A stretch of 64,000 bases of DNA from Lama guanicoe (taxonomy: Eukaryota). Both the position numbers and the translations under genes were made by a program. Shown in pieces: positions 23,221-35,907 of the stretch. The stretch's first letter is position 1; each line of letters begins with the position of its first letter. The stretch lies in assembly GCA_013239625.1 (NCBI GenBank), contig MU054187.1, positions 11,669,893 to 11,733,892 of the forward strand, written 5' to 3'. The notes below the pieces were generated by a model. The model made no database searches and was not told where the DNA came from. It saw only the letters and a program-made list of their open reading frames with translations.

Positions 23221-25799
23221 TCAGAAATTGTGCTGAGGCCGTGAGTGCTGGTGGGCCTGTGTCACTGGGGCTGGGTTCCATTCCTCACCATGAGACACGG
23301 CCACTTCATTCTGGTCTTCTAGCTCACGACCGGATGCCCCTGTGACTGACAGGCCCCACGTGCCCAGTGAGTGTTTACAGACTGAAGCAGCAGCACAGCC
23401 ATCACTGGATCTAGAAATAGGCTGTGCCCACCGCCCCAGGAGGAGCCCCGGGGCCCCTGTGGTCACTGCTGCCCCACCGGGGTGACCTTGCATCTGCCCT
23501 GTCATCCTAGTTCCTGCTGGTTTGTAAGTTGTGTGCCTGTGACTCACTCTGTGTGCCCTCGAGAGGGTGTGACCAGTGGTCCTCCAGGAAACAGACACTG
23601 ACACAGAGAGAACTTTGACAGATTTCATTAGGGGTGACAATAGGAGAGACAACAGCAGAGGGGGCAGGATAAAGCAGGGAAACATTTGGGCCGTAATGCA
23701 CCTCCGATGTCTTCTCTAGAAACATCACTGCCACAGCTCAGGAGCCTCTTCAGTTTTCAAACTGACTGTGCTGTAAGGCAGAAGGAGTTTTACTTATTTT
23801 AATAGGACCTTATTTTTTCCCGATTTTGTCTTCTCTAATGTATGTATGGACTCTGACGGACACTGTAGTCTGTGTGCACATCTCTGTGTCTATACAGAAT
23901 GAAAATAATTGTTTTCACATCTCAGACACAGATCTCAAAATGTGCAAATTCTCATTATATTTCCTTCTTTAGCCACTAGGACCTGAGATTTAGTAGAAGA
24001 AAGGAACCCTTCGCCTTATCTTTAAAGCAGAGAATGGTAAGCTCTGGGCCTGAGCTCTTACATCTTCAGTTTAATTTAATGTACTTCCTGAGGTCTCTTT
24101 TGATGATTCTGTGTGCACTTTCTTTTAAACTATGAGAATGCTGAGTGAGAAATATGTCCCAGTCATTTTTCAAAAAACTGTGTGTGCTTGACCCGGCCCT
24201 CCTCACAATGAAGCCAGGGACCAGCGTTACCCCCCGGCTCACAGACAACAACGCTGAGACCCTGTGGGAGCCCCACTGAGTCTTGGTGTTAGGGGATGAA
24301 CTGCAGGAATTCAAGCAAAGAATCAGAAACTGGATCTTGTGACATAAATGAGGAGATGCCATGCTGACAGTGGGCGTAGAGGGAGCAGGGGTGTGGGGAG
24401 AGGGGTCCTGCAGGGGGTCCCCCAATCACCCCTGAATTCCCCCAAAGAACCTGACTCATGCTGAAGGGAAAGGCACCTGCTCAGCTGATTTAAATCCTGC
24501 CTGCACTTTTCAAATCACTGGGGCAAAAGAAAACTTCAGTCACACAAAATATCCTGAAAAAACCAAGCTAAATTTCAGTTTCTCTGATATCCAGAGGGTT
24601 CTTTCATCCAGACCCGTAACTTTCAGAAACCCAAGAGAACAACTGTCTTTACATGAGGTTGTGAACTGAGGGCTTTCTGGAGGCAGTGGGTTCTGAAGGG
24701 GATACGTGCATGGCTGCACTGAGTCCCCTGCACACACACGTGGCTCTGAGTGGACCTCACGCTGCATTCACACGGCCCGCCTGAACTGCCCGCCCTGCCG
24801 GGAGTGACGTTCCAGCTCCACCTGAGTGAACCCAACAAACGCCCACTGGGCAGCCCCTCAATTTCTTTCTTCCCCTCCACACCCTCCTATTCACTCCTGG
24901 TGGCTCACGTGTCCCTCTTCTGCACTCTGAGGCCCTGCACGGGCACATCTGCTATGGTGACAAGCTGTCTGTTGTGAATGTCTCTCTCCCTCACCCCTCG
25001 AGGCAACCCCGTGAGCTCCTGAAGTTAGGGGTGTGCTTCACCCCTCACAGAGCACAGCACATGGTCCATGCAAGAGGCACATCTGCCAAACTGGGACTTG
25101 AAATTCATTTGATAGTCTGTCAAAAGTCTCTTTTGTTCTATGAAAGAGACACCCGCTTCCAACATCAGGATGGAGAAATGATACAATCCATCAAGTGTGT
25201 GTGCTAGGAAGCTAGACAAACGTCACAAAATCCCAAGTCAGCTTCCCGCAGGCATCACGAGGCCCTGGAGTGACATTACCCTTTCTACAAAGACTCGACA
25301 AGCGAGCAGAAGAACATGATCTCACCTTACCGGGCCCAAAAGGCAACTAGCCTTGTCCAGGAGGAGGTGTGCAAGGTGCCGAGGACAGTGACAGCTTATC
25401 CATGCAGACGGACACGCAACATGGTCCCCGGAAATAAAGGGGTGCACTAGCATCCACAGTGAACTGCAGCCAGGAGACAGAAGTGTGTTGGATGAAAAGA
25501 CAAAAGGACTAACATCGACAGAAGCTGAACGACAATGCAGCAGCTGTCGGCACTGTGCGCCCTTCCCTCCACCGGGTGCCCAGAGAGCAGCATAGCATGA
25601 CACACTCCACACAGCCCTCCGGGGCCTGCCTGCGGCCTGGGCTGCACAGGAGGACAACGGGATAAAACCCCGTCACCACAAGTGACCGCCCGTGTCTCTA
25701 CGTGGAGGAAGCCAAGGGGCCTGCCCGAGACGATGCACACACAGCTTCCAGCACGCTGACCAAGAAGCGCCTTCCCCACAGGCAGCCTTTCTGTGCAGG

Positions 25800-25921
25800 A
25801 CAACCCTCCCAATCCAAAAATGGGCAGAAGACCTACACAAGCATTTCTCCAATGAAGACAAACAAATGGCCAATAGGCACATGAAAAAATGCTCAGTATC
25901 GCTAATTATCAGAGAAATGCA
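25800..25921 (+). mobile_element. Short L1 ORF2 fragment
   Basis: [37 protein letters not shown], nearly the same as 44135-44251. Confidence 0.85.
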
Positions 25922-28170
25922 CCCCAGTGCCCTTCGTAAAAAACAGCTCTACTGAGATACAATTCACACATTCTCCCATTTTAGGCATACAACTCAATGG
26001 CTTTTAGTACATTCACACTTCCTTCTTTGATGCAATAAAGTAACTATTTCAGGTTTCTTCCTGTCAACCTGCTGTGTTTGGTCCAAGAGGTCGTGAAAGG
26101 ACCCAGATCTTGATGAGGATGCTGGTGGCCATGGCCACTCCAGGCTGGTCAAGAAACCTGTCCTGAGGCCCTTGGTCTTCACCAACAATGCATTCCCATC
26201 AAGGACCCCATGAGAAAGCAGCTATTTAACCACAGTGTGAGAGCCCAGGAATAAGGAGGAAACCCCCGATGCCTGATGCTTACTCACAGTTGTGTTTTTA
26301 TATCCACTACACCCCCAGCACATGGGGCCAGGAAAGCAGCCCCATCAGCTCCATGTCCCGGTCCTCTCAGGGCCCTGGCAGGAGGTGGGGTGGGAGGAAA
26401 AGGGACGAGGAGGGGTTGGGGACAGAGTGTGACAGGAAGAGGGGTTAGACACTTGGGAGAAGGGGGTCACGGAAAGGATGACGGGTCAGGAAAACAGCAG
26501 TTCAACTGAGCTCTCAGGAGCAGTTGGAGACTCCAACTGCCTCCTCCGGTTTGAACGATGCCTTTGGCTTTATGCCCTCTCTCGACCAATCACCTGCCTT
26601 TGCCCCTGGCATCTCACAGTGTACATTCTGGGTGACCTCACTTTTAGCATACACCCCTCCTAACTGATCCCCCCTCCCCCACCAACTGCCATCCAACCCT
26701 GGGGTCCTCTCTGCAAACTTTTCTGACCTTATGTTTTCTGGCCCTGCCCAACCCAGGTTCCCTGCCCCCCAATTCTGGGTGCTCCCTTCTCCTCCAAATT
26801 CCCAGGGTTTCCCTTGGGCAGTGGCTGTAAAAGATGTAAGGTAAAGAATGACAGAACCAAGAGGAATCAAACATACAAGCAGAGTGGGAGGTCTTCACTC
26901 CCCCTCACTCAGCACTTCATACAAAAGGCAGAGAGAACGTCCACAAGATGGAGAAGGTCGAAACAGCCAACCATCCTAATCACATCACCACACCCATATG
27001 GCCGTCCTTATCTATAGTAAACCTGTAGGTGACACATTCATTCCAGGTACATGCGATACACGCATAAAAATAAACCCTATTATTTTTGCCATATATGTAA
27101 CTATACAGTGTAATTCTATATTGTCACACCCTGCACTCTGCACTCGGGTGACTCACGTACACCCAGGTCCAAGGAGGCAGAAACTACCCGGGTGGGACAG
27201 AAGCAAAGTTGTGCTTTGGGGCAGAACTGGCTGTGAGGGGGCCTGAGAAATCCTTCTGGGGTGGTGGGAAGATTTGGTATCCAGATATGGGGGGTGGTTG
27301 TGTTCACTCAATCAAGAAATACTGAGCACGTGGGGCCTGCCAGTCTCAAGGGTCAGAGAGACCCTCATATCTGTCCCTATGAAGTGGCCAACTGCTGACA
27401 GTGAGGAAGGGATGAGGTGCCTGGAGTGGCCACGGGAGTCCAGTGAGAGGGCCCGCACTAATCCAGGCTTTGTGCCCCAGCCCTGCCCTGCCAGCTGCCC
27501 CCAGAAGCCCCAATTCCAGGCAAACTCTCAGAGGAGGACTGAAGGCAGCAGCTCCCTCCTAAGTCTCAGGAGCTCAGGAGCTCTTAGTGAGAAACGGGCA
27601 GGGGACAGTCAGTGACTTGGGACTCTGCCACTCACAAAGGAGTTGGGTGAAAATATCTGGCTCCTTACATGTCCCTCAATCCAATCCCCCAGGAGCCCCT
27701 TAAGCCCACAGGGCCCTCCCTCCTTCCAGGTGGGGAAGGTGGCCAGCCCTGCAGCAGCTCTGGAGCCCAGGCTGGGTCCAAGTCAAGCCACCAACAGGTC
27801 AAGATGTGACTGTGCTACCCAGAAAGAGGGGGGAACAGCGGTGCAGCAGTAAATACCAGCAGGAGCAGCCTCTGTAACTGGCTCCTCCACTGTGAGCAGG
27901 GCTGGGGCCACAACTTGGCCGTGAGGGTGGGAGGGCTGAAAAGGGTGGGGCCCTGTGGCCCTGGACAGGGCTGGACCAGAGCGCAGGGCCTGAGGGCCTG
28001 GGGGCAGAGACAGAGAAAGGGACAGGCAGGGAGAGAGACAGTGCGTTGAGTGACTGAAAGACAGGCGGGGGTCAAGTCCTAGAGAGTGACAGGAAGTGAC
28101 AGAGGGGGACCAGGTAGGGAGAAGCAGAGACAAGAGAAGGCAAGAAGGAAGGAAGGAGCCAGCCCACAGT

Positions 28171-28562
28171 TGTCGGTGGCACGTTATCATGTACACACAA
28201 ACACCGTGCGGAGTGAAGCCAAGCAGTTCTCTCTCTATTGATTCTTGTAAAAGGGTTCATATACGACATGCACAATGCCTCACATACCACCTAGGTTATA
28301 ACAATGTTAATAATCTGAAGCTATTTAGGATCCCAGGCTCCAGGTTCCCAGGCTCCTGCAGTAAGCACAGGATGTTACATGATCAAGGACAGATTGTTTT
28401 AAAGTTCATCACAAAACTTCATTAAGCAGGCCATCTCTGACCCAGCCGGCCGTGCCTGTCTTAGGTTGTCCTCCTCTGAGGATCTTACCCGTCATTGGCT
28501 ACCCAGCCGTCCACACTGGATACATTAAATAGGCCATCTCTGATCCAGCCGGCTACATGACA
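28171..28562 (-). mobile_element. Possible ERV solo LTR
   Basis: Internal direct repeat AGGCCATCTCTGA(C/T)CCAGCCGGC at ~28428 and ~28531, TATA-like and CCAAT motifs on the minus strand, TG...CA-like ends; no TSD found. Confidence 0.35.
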
Positions 28563-29593
28563 TTTCTCACAGGTTGTTTATCAGGTCAGCCCACGGCTTA
28601 TTCTCTAGAGCCTTCAGGCAGGGGCCTACAACAGTGCATGGTGGGGGACAAAGGGCCAGGGTGGCCTGACTCTGGGAAGGGGCCCAGAGTGGAGGGGGCA
28701 GAAAAGGCAGGAATCCTGGCCTCACAGTCCCTCCCGCTCTAAGGCTCTCACCTCCCTGGAGCTGAGCTCCCCAGGGGTCACTGTACTTGCAAAGACTGGT
28801 ACCTCCCATTTTTCTTGGGACTGCTGGTTCCAGCCTCTGTGTCTGTCCCTGTTGGGGCTGACTTCCAGGAGAATGGGCTGCCCCTGGGGAGGAAACTCCA
28901 GAGCCTGCCCTGTGGGGAGTTGACCCCGACTCCTCACAGACCCAGTGGTGTTGCATTTCCAACCACTGCTAGGCCTTCCTGGCTCCACAGCCAGGCTTCA
29001 TGCACTATGCTGGCCTCAGGATCCCCCGGCCTGGAGGGACTGAATCCCATCCAGGGTGAGCAGGCTCAAGGATACTGGGTCTCCTCCTACTGTCAACCAG
29101 AATTCCTTTCAACCCTCAGGAGTAGGGACCCCCTGTAAATTACCAATTAACATCAGGTCAAAGGTATTGAGGTCTCACACTGAGCAATACAGTGTGCCAA
29201 ATGATCAAATTCAAACTGCAGTGTTCCAATTACACATTCTCAATAACCCATTTTATGGATGAGAATTCAGAGGGGTTGTGAGTTACCTAAGGATCTCAGG
29301 GGTGATGAGTGCTGTAACCTTACCTTGAACCAAGATCGACCTTGTAAAGTGATTCTACCTGGAGCCCATCCTGTGACCTGCTCCCTGAGGTTCTGAGGAA
29401 GACCACTGGCACAAGTTGTCTCAGGAAAATCCTCTTTCAATGACATTAAGTCATGCATCAGTCAGGACAAACAGGGTGAGGATGTGTTCACGAGTGACCC
29501 TGACTCCTAACAAACGGCAAGTCAATTTTACCTCAGGAAACAGGTCTTCTATTATCATTAAGTCAGGCACCAAGGTAAATAAGAGTAAAAACA

Positions 29594-29815
29594 GGGAGAA
29601 GAGAAGCAAGATGGCGGAGTAGAAGGACGCTCGTAGTTCACCCTCTCCCACAAACACAAGAAAACTCAGATCTAAGGACCTACTCAGGCAGCCAGAGCAC
29701 CTACCAAACTCCGACACTACATCACCCTCTTCGCAAGACAAAGATGCCAAAAACCTGGTAGGAAAAAAGGAAAAAAGAAAGAAGAAAAAGCAAAACACTG
29801 CAGGAGGGAGTGGCA
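29594..29815 (+). mobile_element. Isolated L1 5' UTR start (promoter fragment)
   Basis: GGGAGAAGAGAAGCAAGATGGCGGAGTAGAAGGACGCTCGTAG...CACCCTCTCCCACAAA: YY1 core AAGATGGCG at the position typical of L1 5' ends. Confidence 0.65.
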
Positions 29816-31289
29816 AAGGAGGACTGGTACTCGTTCGCTGGGGTGTTCTTCACTTCCCTGACAATCAGAGGAAACATCAGAGGACCCAAAAAAGTAAGAA
29901 TGGAAACCCACCGAGATGGAGGAATCTGGCTCATTGGACATGAGGCTCCAAGGACACACAGCGCCCTGAAGCCACGCCATCTCATCAACAGTCACCAAGA
30001 GACACTGACCAGGCAGGGCCCTCAAAGACTGAAAGAATGAAAAAGCTGGAGGACAGGACCAAAGGCACTTCTTCCCAAATTCTATCAGCTCTGTGTTTTG
30101 CCCACAACCTACCAAAGTGCCCCCCAGGACCCTAGCACAAACACCATGGCCGGATGTTGTACCACCTTTCACGGGAGGTCACAGGGCTGGTTTGTGTGTA
30201 AGGAATTCCATTCACCCACAAAAAAATAGGAGGGAACCTCTCAGCCTCCTGGAGTCAAGTAAAACTACACGGTGTTTGTTGCAGAAACCACAGGTCTTAC
30301 GCTGAGTTTCAAACACACTGCACATCATGACTTTTTCTATGACCACAATCCATCAGTGTGCGTGGAACGGAACTAAAGCAGAACGGATGGATGGTGTCCA
30401 CCAGGGGACAGGCCCCGAAACATTAGCCTGGGCTTGGGGGCCCAAAGGACGCATCCGGGATGTGCTGTGGGGCTCAGAAACCCCCTGCCAGAACCAAACG
30501 GCTTAGTAACAGCACCCCATCCCACTGCCTCCTGGGAAATGTCCTCTGAGTCTGGACATCTGAGTTGGGACCTCAGCTGTGCCCCTGACCATCCACACCG
30601 TGGCCCAACTGAAGGAGTCGCGGTAGCTCATGGTGTCATGACCCGAGTCCTCCCGATCCACATCAGACAGCTTGCCGCACACTTTCTTCATGCCCCCGTG
30701 GTCGGTTCTGTCCATCTCATTTTCTTCACTGACGAGCGGGGGCGACGAGGCCTCCTCGGCCTAGCGGGGATCGCAGGACCCACCTGAGGTGGGCTCCGTG
30801 AAGGTGGACGGAAGCCTGTGGGGGGAAAGACTCTGAACTTAAAGGCACAAGTGTGTGGCTTCACTCACCCCTAGGAGGCCCCGGGCAAGGCCCTGACCTC
30901 AGGCCACACCTCTGACCCTAAGCAGACCCAAAGGCTCTCTGTCCCTACCCTGAAAATCCTGCCAGCAACTCTGCAGATGTGCATACAGAAACTTGGCTAG
31001 AACCACAGCCACTGATTGCACAGAGGGAGAGGAGGGGAGGCTTCCAGCCTCTGATCCAGCTCATGAGGAGCTCAGAAGTCGCTCCTCCTGTTCTGAAAAA
31101 GAACACTAGAGCTGAGGGAGCTGCAAACCCATGGCTCTTCTTAGATCCACCACAAAACTGAGGGGAAAAGCTGCTCCCAACCCAGAGAGGCAGCCGGGCA
31201 GCCTCGGAGAGTCACAGCTCCCAGGGCAGAGCCCGCTGCTGTGAGAACCGCCGGGGCAGGCAGATTTAACAGGCCCCTGAGACCAGCGG

Positions 31290-31930
31290 GAGGCTCAGTG
31301 TGGGGAAGTCTGAGCATGACAACTCCAGGGGGGCCAGTCAGAGGGCCCCCTGTTGTTTTTCATGCATTTTGCCTCCAGGACCCCCATGTTCTCAGAGTGA
31401 AGATCAGAGAAAAACCCCTCATGCTTCCTGCCAGGGAAGGAGAAAACAGCTCAACTGAAATACACCCAGAGCACTCTGTTCCATTTGGTGGGGGGCGGTT
31501 GTGTTTTGTTTTCAATGAGAAATTATTTTACCAGAGCCTAACCAACCTGGGGGAAGGGAAATACCTTCTGTGTCACCCAAATTGGGGTGGGGGGAAAGAG
31601 ACGCACTTGTGGAGGTCACAGCTCAGGGCACAGGCCCAATGAGAACTAATCACAGGACTACAGATGCCCCCCTCTGTCCCGCCCCATCAACGCCTCACCT
31701 CCATGTCAGCAGGGCCCCTGTGTAATAACGGGGATAAAGCTAAAAGAAGTAAACGTCTCAGCACTGAAGGAGTGTCTAGGGAAACCCAAAGACAGCGGGG
31801 AGATGAAAACAAGGACACACAGGCGGCTTTAGCCTCTCACACCAATGGCTGCAGCGAACTGCACGCAGCCCAGGTAAACAGAAAACGTCACGGAAGCAGC
31901 TATTTATTTTGGTTCCCTTACCCAGTGCAT
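31290..31930 (+). mobile_element. Old L1M 5' region fragment
   Basis: GCATTTTGCCTCCAGGA...TCAGAGTGAAGATCAGAGAAAAACCCCTCATGC resembles recalled L1M 5'-end consensus motifs. Confidence 0.45.
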
Positions 31931-32584
31931 CCCACGACGCATCCTCGCCTAGAATTTAGTGGAAGCAATTCCGTCTTAGAAGGAACAGAACTGAAGAGGG
32001 TTGGTCTTCCAGCCCCTGAAGGGCAGGGATAGCACCAGCCTGGGTGAGAGCAAGGTGGGGGTGGGGGGTGCGGGGCTGCCTTCTTCCCCAAATAAGGAAA
32101 CTTCCTGAGGCCAGCACAGCAGGAGGGAGGGCCATGGGGTTGAAGCTGCCAGACTTCTTCCTGAGAACTGATGGGATGCCTCCAAGGGACCATTCAGGTG
32201 CCCTGAGGGCGGGAGCAAGTCGGTCTGCCTCAGAGTCCAGGACTGAGGTGGGCGCACAGCAGGCCGGTCTTACTTGGCTGGATCCATTTCACTTCTCCAA
32301 GCCCCGTGTAAAACATGAAGCGTGGACGGCCTGGTGAGCACAGCTCTGCCCTCAAGACCGGCTTCAACTCCTCTCTTCCCGGAGCACAGCATCTCTGAGC
32401 CCGTCCTGGGTGACCTCACAGAGATCACCCTAGTGGCCCTGCCTAGTGGCAGGGAACATGTACCTTCCCTCAGCCAACCCCAGACGTCCACTGATGCATC
32501 ATGTACTGGCAGGAATGTGAGTCCCTGTGCACTGGTGCAATGGTAGAGGCTCTGCCACAGGCCCAAGAGGTGGTGTGTGGGACA

Positions 32585-32790
32585 TGCAGGGGTGCAGGGG
32601 TGTAGGCGGTGCAAAGGTGTAAGTGGTGCCAGGGGTGCAGGGGCTGTGGAGGGTGCAGGCAGTGCAGGGGTGCAGGCAGTGCAGGGGTACAGGAAGTGCA
32701 GGGGTGCAGAGGTGCAGGAGTGCAAGTGTGCAGGGAGTGCAGAAGTGCAGGGGTGTAGGGAGTGCAGGGGTGCAGGGGTGTAGGGAGGTG
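32585..32790 (+). repeat. Degenerate (TGCAGGGG)n G-rich minisatellite
   Basis: About 25 units of 8-9 bp: TGCAGGGG, TGTAGGGAG, TGCAGGCAG. Confidence 0.9.
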
Positions 32791-32799
32791 CTCAGGCAT

Positions 32800-35530
32800 G
32801 TGGCCAGGATCAGAAAGCAGGTGCACTTCCTCGCAGTCAGCCTGACCCCGGGAGGCGGGTGCGGTGCTTTTGCGTGGGGCGGCGGCGGCTGCGAGAGTTG
32901 GGGTGCCCCAGCATGCCGGTCTATTTCTTCTCTTCCCCGCCGCCTGGCCTGGGGGTAGCCTTGGCCGCCGGAGATTCGCTGGACGTGGGACTCCAGGTAA
33001 CCTTGCTCCTGGGAGGCGGCGCGGTTAGGTCAGGGGCGGCTGCAGCAGCAGAGGGGGCAGCAGGGCTGCCTCTGGCGAGCTGGTGGGTTAGCTCCCGTCT
33101 CCCACGCGGCCGGGCCTGGGGGCGGCCTCTGCTGCCCCAGGTCGCTGGACACACCTGTCCCACTCAGCTTGCTAAGAGGGGAGCGGGGGCCGTGCCGTTA
33201 GGGTGCGGGGCCGACGGGAGTAGGGGCCTGCTCCGCGGGAGCCGGCAGTTTGCTCCGTTCCACCCCGCGGTGTGGCCTGGGAGCGGCCTCTGCTTCCCAA
33301 GAAGCCACTCTGGCGAGGGTGGGTTAGCTCCCGTCTCCCACGCGGCCGGGCCTGGGGGCGGCCTCTGCTGCCCCAGGTCGCTGGACACACCTGTCCCACT
33401 CAGCTTGCTAAGGCGGGGAGCGGGGGCCGTGCCGTTAGGGTGCGGGGCCGACTGGAGTAGGGGCCTGCTCCGCGGGAGCCGGCAGTTTGCTCCGCTCCAC
33501 CCCGCGGTGTGGCCTGGGAGCGGCCTCTGTTGCCCAAGAAGCCGGACGCCCGTCTCCAGGTCAGCTTGCTGCTGGGAGGCGGGCACGGAGCGGCCAAGGG
33601 GTGGTGGCGGCGGCGGCGGCGGCAGGGAGAGGGCGGCTGCCCCTGCGAGCTGCTTCATTTCTTCTCTCCCCCAGGGCCTGGCCTCGGGGCGGCCTTTGCC
33701 GCCGAGATTCGTCTGACGTCCAAATCCAGGTGAGCTTGCTCCTGGGGGGGGGGTGCAGTCAGGGAGCTGGTAAGGTAGTGGCCGCGGTGCGTAGGGGGGC
33801 TGCCCCGGGGGAGCTTGTGGATTAGCTCTCATCTCTGCAAGGCCTGACCTGCAGGCGGTCTTTGCTGTGTCAGGTCCTGGGACACACCTGTCCCACTTTG
33901 CCTGCTGGGTGCGGGAGTTCAGGGTGCGGGAGTGACGGGGTTAGGGGGCCCGCCACTTGGAAGCCGATCGATTTGCTCCCATTTCTCCTACGGCTTGGCC
34001 TGGGGGGCGGCCTCTGTTGCCCCATGTGGCAGGATACACGTGTCCCTGTCAGCCTGACCCCGGGAGGCGGGCTCGGGGACGCAGCGACGGCAGCGGATTT
34101 TCCTGGAGAGCCGGTCTATTTGCTCCCATCTCCCCCACGGTCTGTCCTGGGGGCAGTCCCTGTTGCCCCAAGTTTGCCAGATGCCGGTCTCCATCCAGAT
34201 CAGCCTGCTCCCCAGAGGAGGCCACCGTGAGGTCAGGGGGCGGAAGCGGGAGCGGGAGCGGCTGCAGGGGGAGGGGGCTGCCTTGGGGAGCTGGTGGATT
34301 GGCTTCTGTCTCCCTGGAGGCCTGGTCTGGGCATGGCCTCTGCTGCCTCAGGTCGCCGGACACACCTGTTCCACACAGCTTGCTGCGGGAGGGGCGCCCA
34401 GGGGCGGTGCCGTTAGGGTGCTGGGGTGGAGAGGGCCGGGGTAGAGGGCCAGCCGCGTGGAGCCGGTCAATTTGCTCCCCTCTTCCCCGGGGCCAATCCT
34501 GGGGGCATCCTCTGCTGCCCAAGAAGCCGGGTACCTGTCTCCAGGTCAGCTTGCTCCCCGGAGGCGGGCACGGTGCGGTCATGGGGCGGCGGCGGAGGTG
34601 GCGGAAAGTGGAGGGGGTCTGCCCCGGCTCGCGGGTCCATTTCGTCTCCTCTCCCCTGACCTGGCCTGAGTGCGGGTCAGTTTGCTCCTGGGAGGCGGGC
34701 GCGCTGCGGTCAGGGGGCGAAGAGGGGGGGGGGGGGCTGCCCCTGGCGAGCTGGTGGATTAGCTCGCATATCCCTGGCAGCCTGGCCTGGGGGCGGCCTC
34801 TGCTGCCCCAGATCGCAAGACACAGGTTCCCTGTCAGTCCAACCACCGGAGGTGGGTGAGATGCGGTCGGGGGGCGGCGGGGCGACGGAGTGGGTGCTGC
34901 CTGGGTCGAGCTGGTCAATTTGCTCCCCTCTCCGACGCGGCCTGTCCCGTGGGCGATCTCTGCGGCCCCTGGTAGCGGGACACACCTGTCCTACTCAGCC
35001 TGCTCCCAGGAGGCAGGCGCAGTGAGGTCAGGGGGTGGGGGGCTTGGCTTCTGCAGGCAGAGGGGAGCTGCCCCCGGGGAGTTGGTGGACTTGCTCCCAT
35101 CTCTCTGGAGGCCTGCCCTGGGGGCGTCCTCTGCTACGCCTCGTTCGCTGGTCGCCCTTCTTCAGGTCATCGTGGGGGCAGTGACAAGAGTATGGAGCCT
35201 GCCGCGGGGAAGCCGGTGGATTAGCTCCCATCTTCCCTGCTGCTTGGCCTGGGGGCGCCCTCTGCTGCCCCAGGTCGAAAGACATAGGTTCCCTGAAGGC
35301 CTAACCACGGGAATCAGGGCACGATGCACTGAGCGGGCCCAGGCAGGGGCAGAAGCTGCAGAGCATGGGGCTGCCCCTGGCCAGCCGGTCAGTTTGTTCC
35401 CATCCCCCCTGCCTCCTGGCACAGGGGCCACCTTTGCTGCCCCAGGTTTTCAGGACGCCCGTCTCCAGTTTAAGCTGCTCCTGGGAGGCGGGCGCAATGC
35501 AGTCAGCCCAAGGTCTGGGCTCTCCCCTGG
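32800..35530. repeat. CpG-rich tandem array of degenerate ~160-170-bp monomers (CpG island-like)
   Basis: Recurring motif order (TTAG/TTTG)CTCCC...GGCCTGGGGGCGGCCTCTGCTGCCCC...GGACACACCTGTCC or CTCCAGGTCAGCTTGCTCCTGGGAGGCGG, roughly 16 copies, with dense CpG. Confidence 0.85.
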
Positions 35531-35794
35531 GGAGGGGAAGAACTCTCTTGGTTTCCTTTGTCTCTATTCTTCAGTAAAGGGATCAATGGAGCCAGTTCTT
35601 AATCTTGAGAAAGTGTAGCCTGTGTTACGGAAGAGCTGCTGTACAGTGTGGTTTCTGGGTCGGTTTTCACATCAGCTGATGCTCCAGGCAGGCAGAAAAG
35701 CTATTACTCAGAGCTTCTTAGCCTGGAGTTGGGGGATGGTCCCGCCACCCTCACCATGCTTTTTCTAAGTGTGTTACTCCTTTCTTTTTCCTAG

Positions 35795-35907
35795 GTGACA
35801 TTTTAGGTTATTGGGTCACAGATTGGTGGCACACTCATCCCTGTTCTCAAAGATCTTTTAAACTTGGGTGAAGTGACAAGTAAGAGAAGAAGATGATTTA
35901 CTGAATG
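35795..35907 (+). other. Candidate 113-nt exon ending in ATG
   Basis: Strong polypyrimidine acceptor CTCCTTTCTTTTTCCTAG|G and donor ATG|GTAAGA, just downstream of the CpG array. Confidence 0.4.

Noticed and set aside
32800..35530. CRISPR-like repeat-spacer array
   Set aside because: Eukaryotic context, whole monomers are homologous with no unique spacers, and there are no cas genes.
32859..35618. Long ORFs (222-300 aa) on both strands
   Set aside because: They overlap in many frames, are G/P/R/A-rich and mirror the tandem monomers; this is expected from stop-poor GC-rich repeat DNA.
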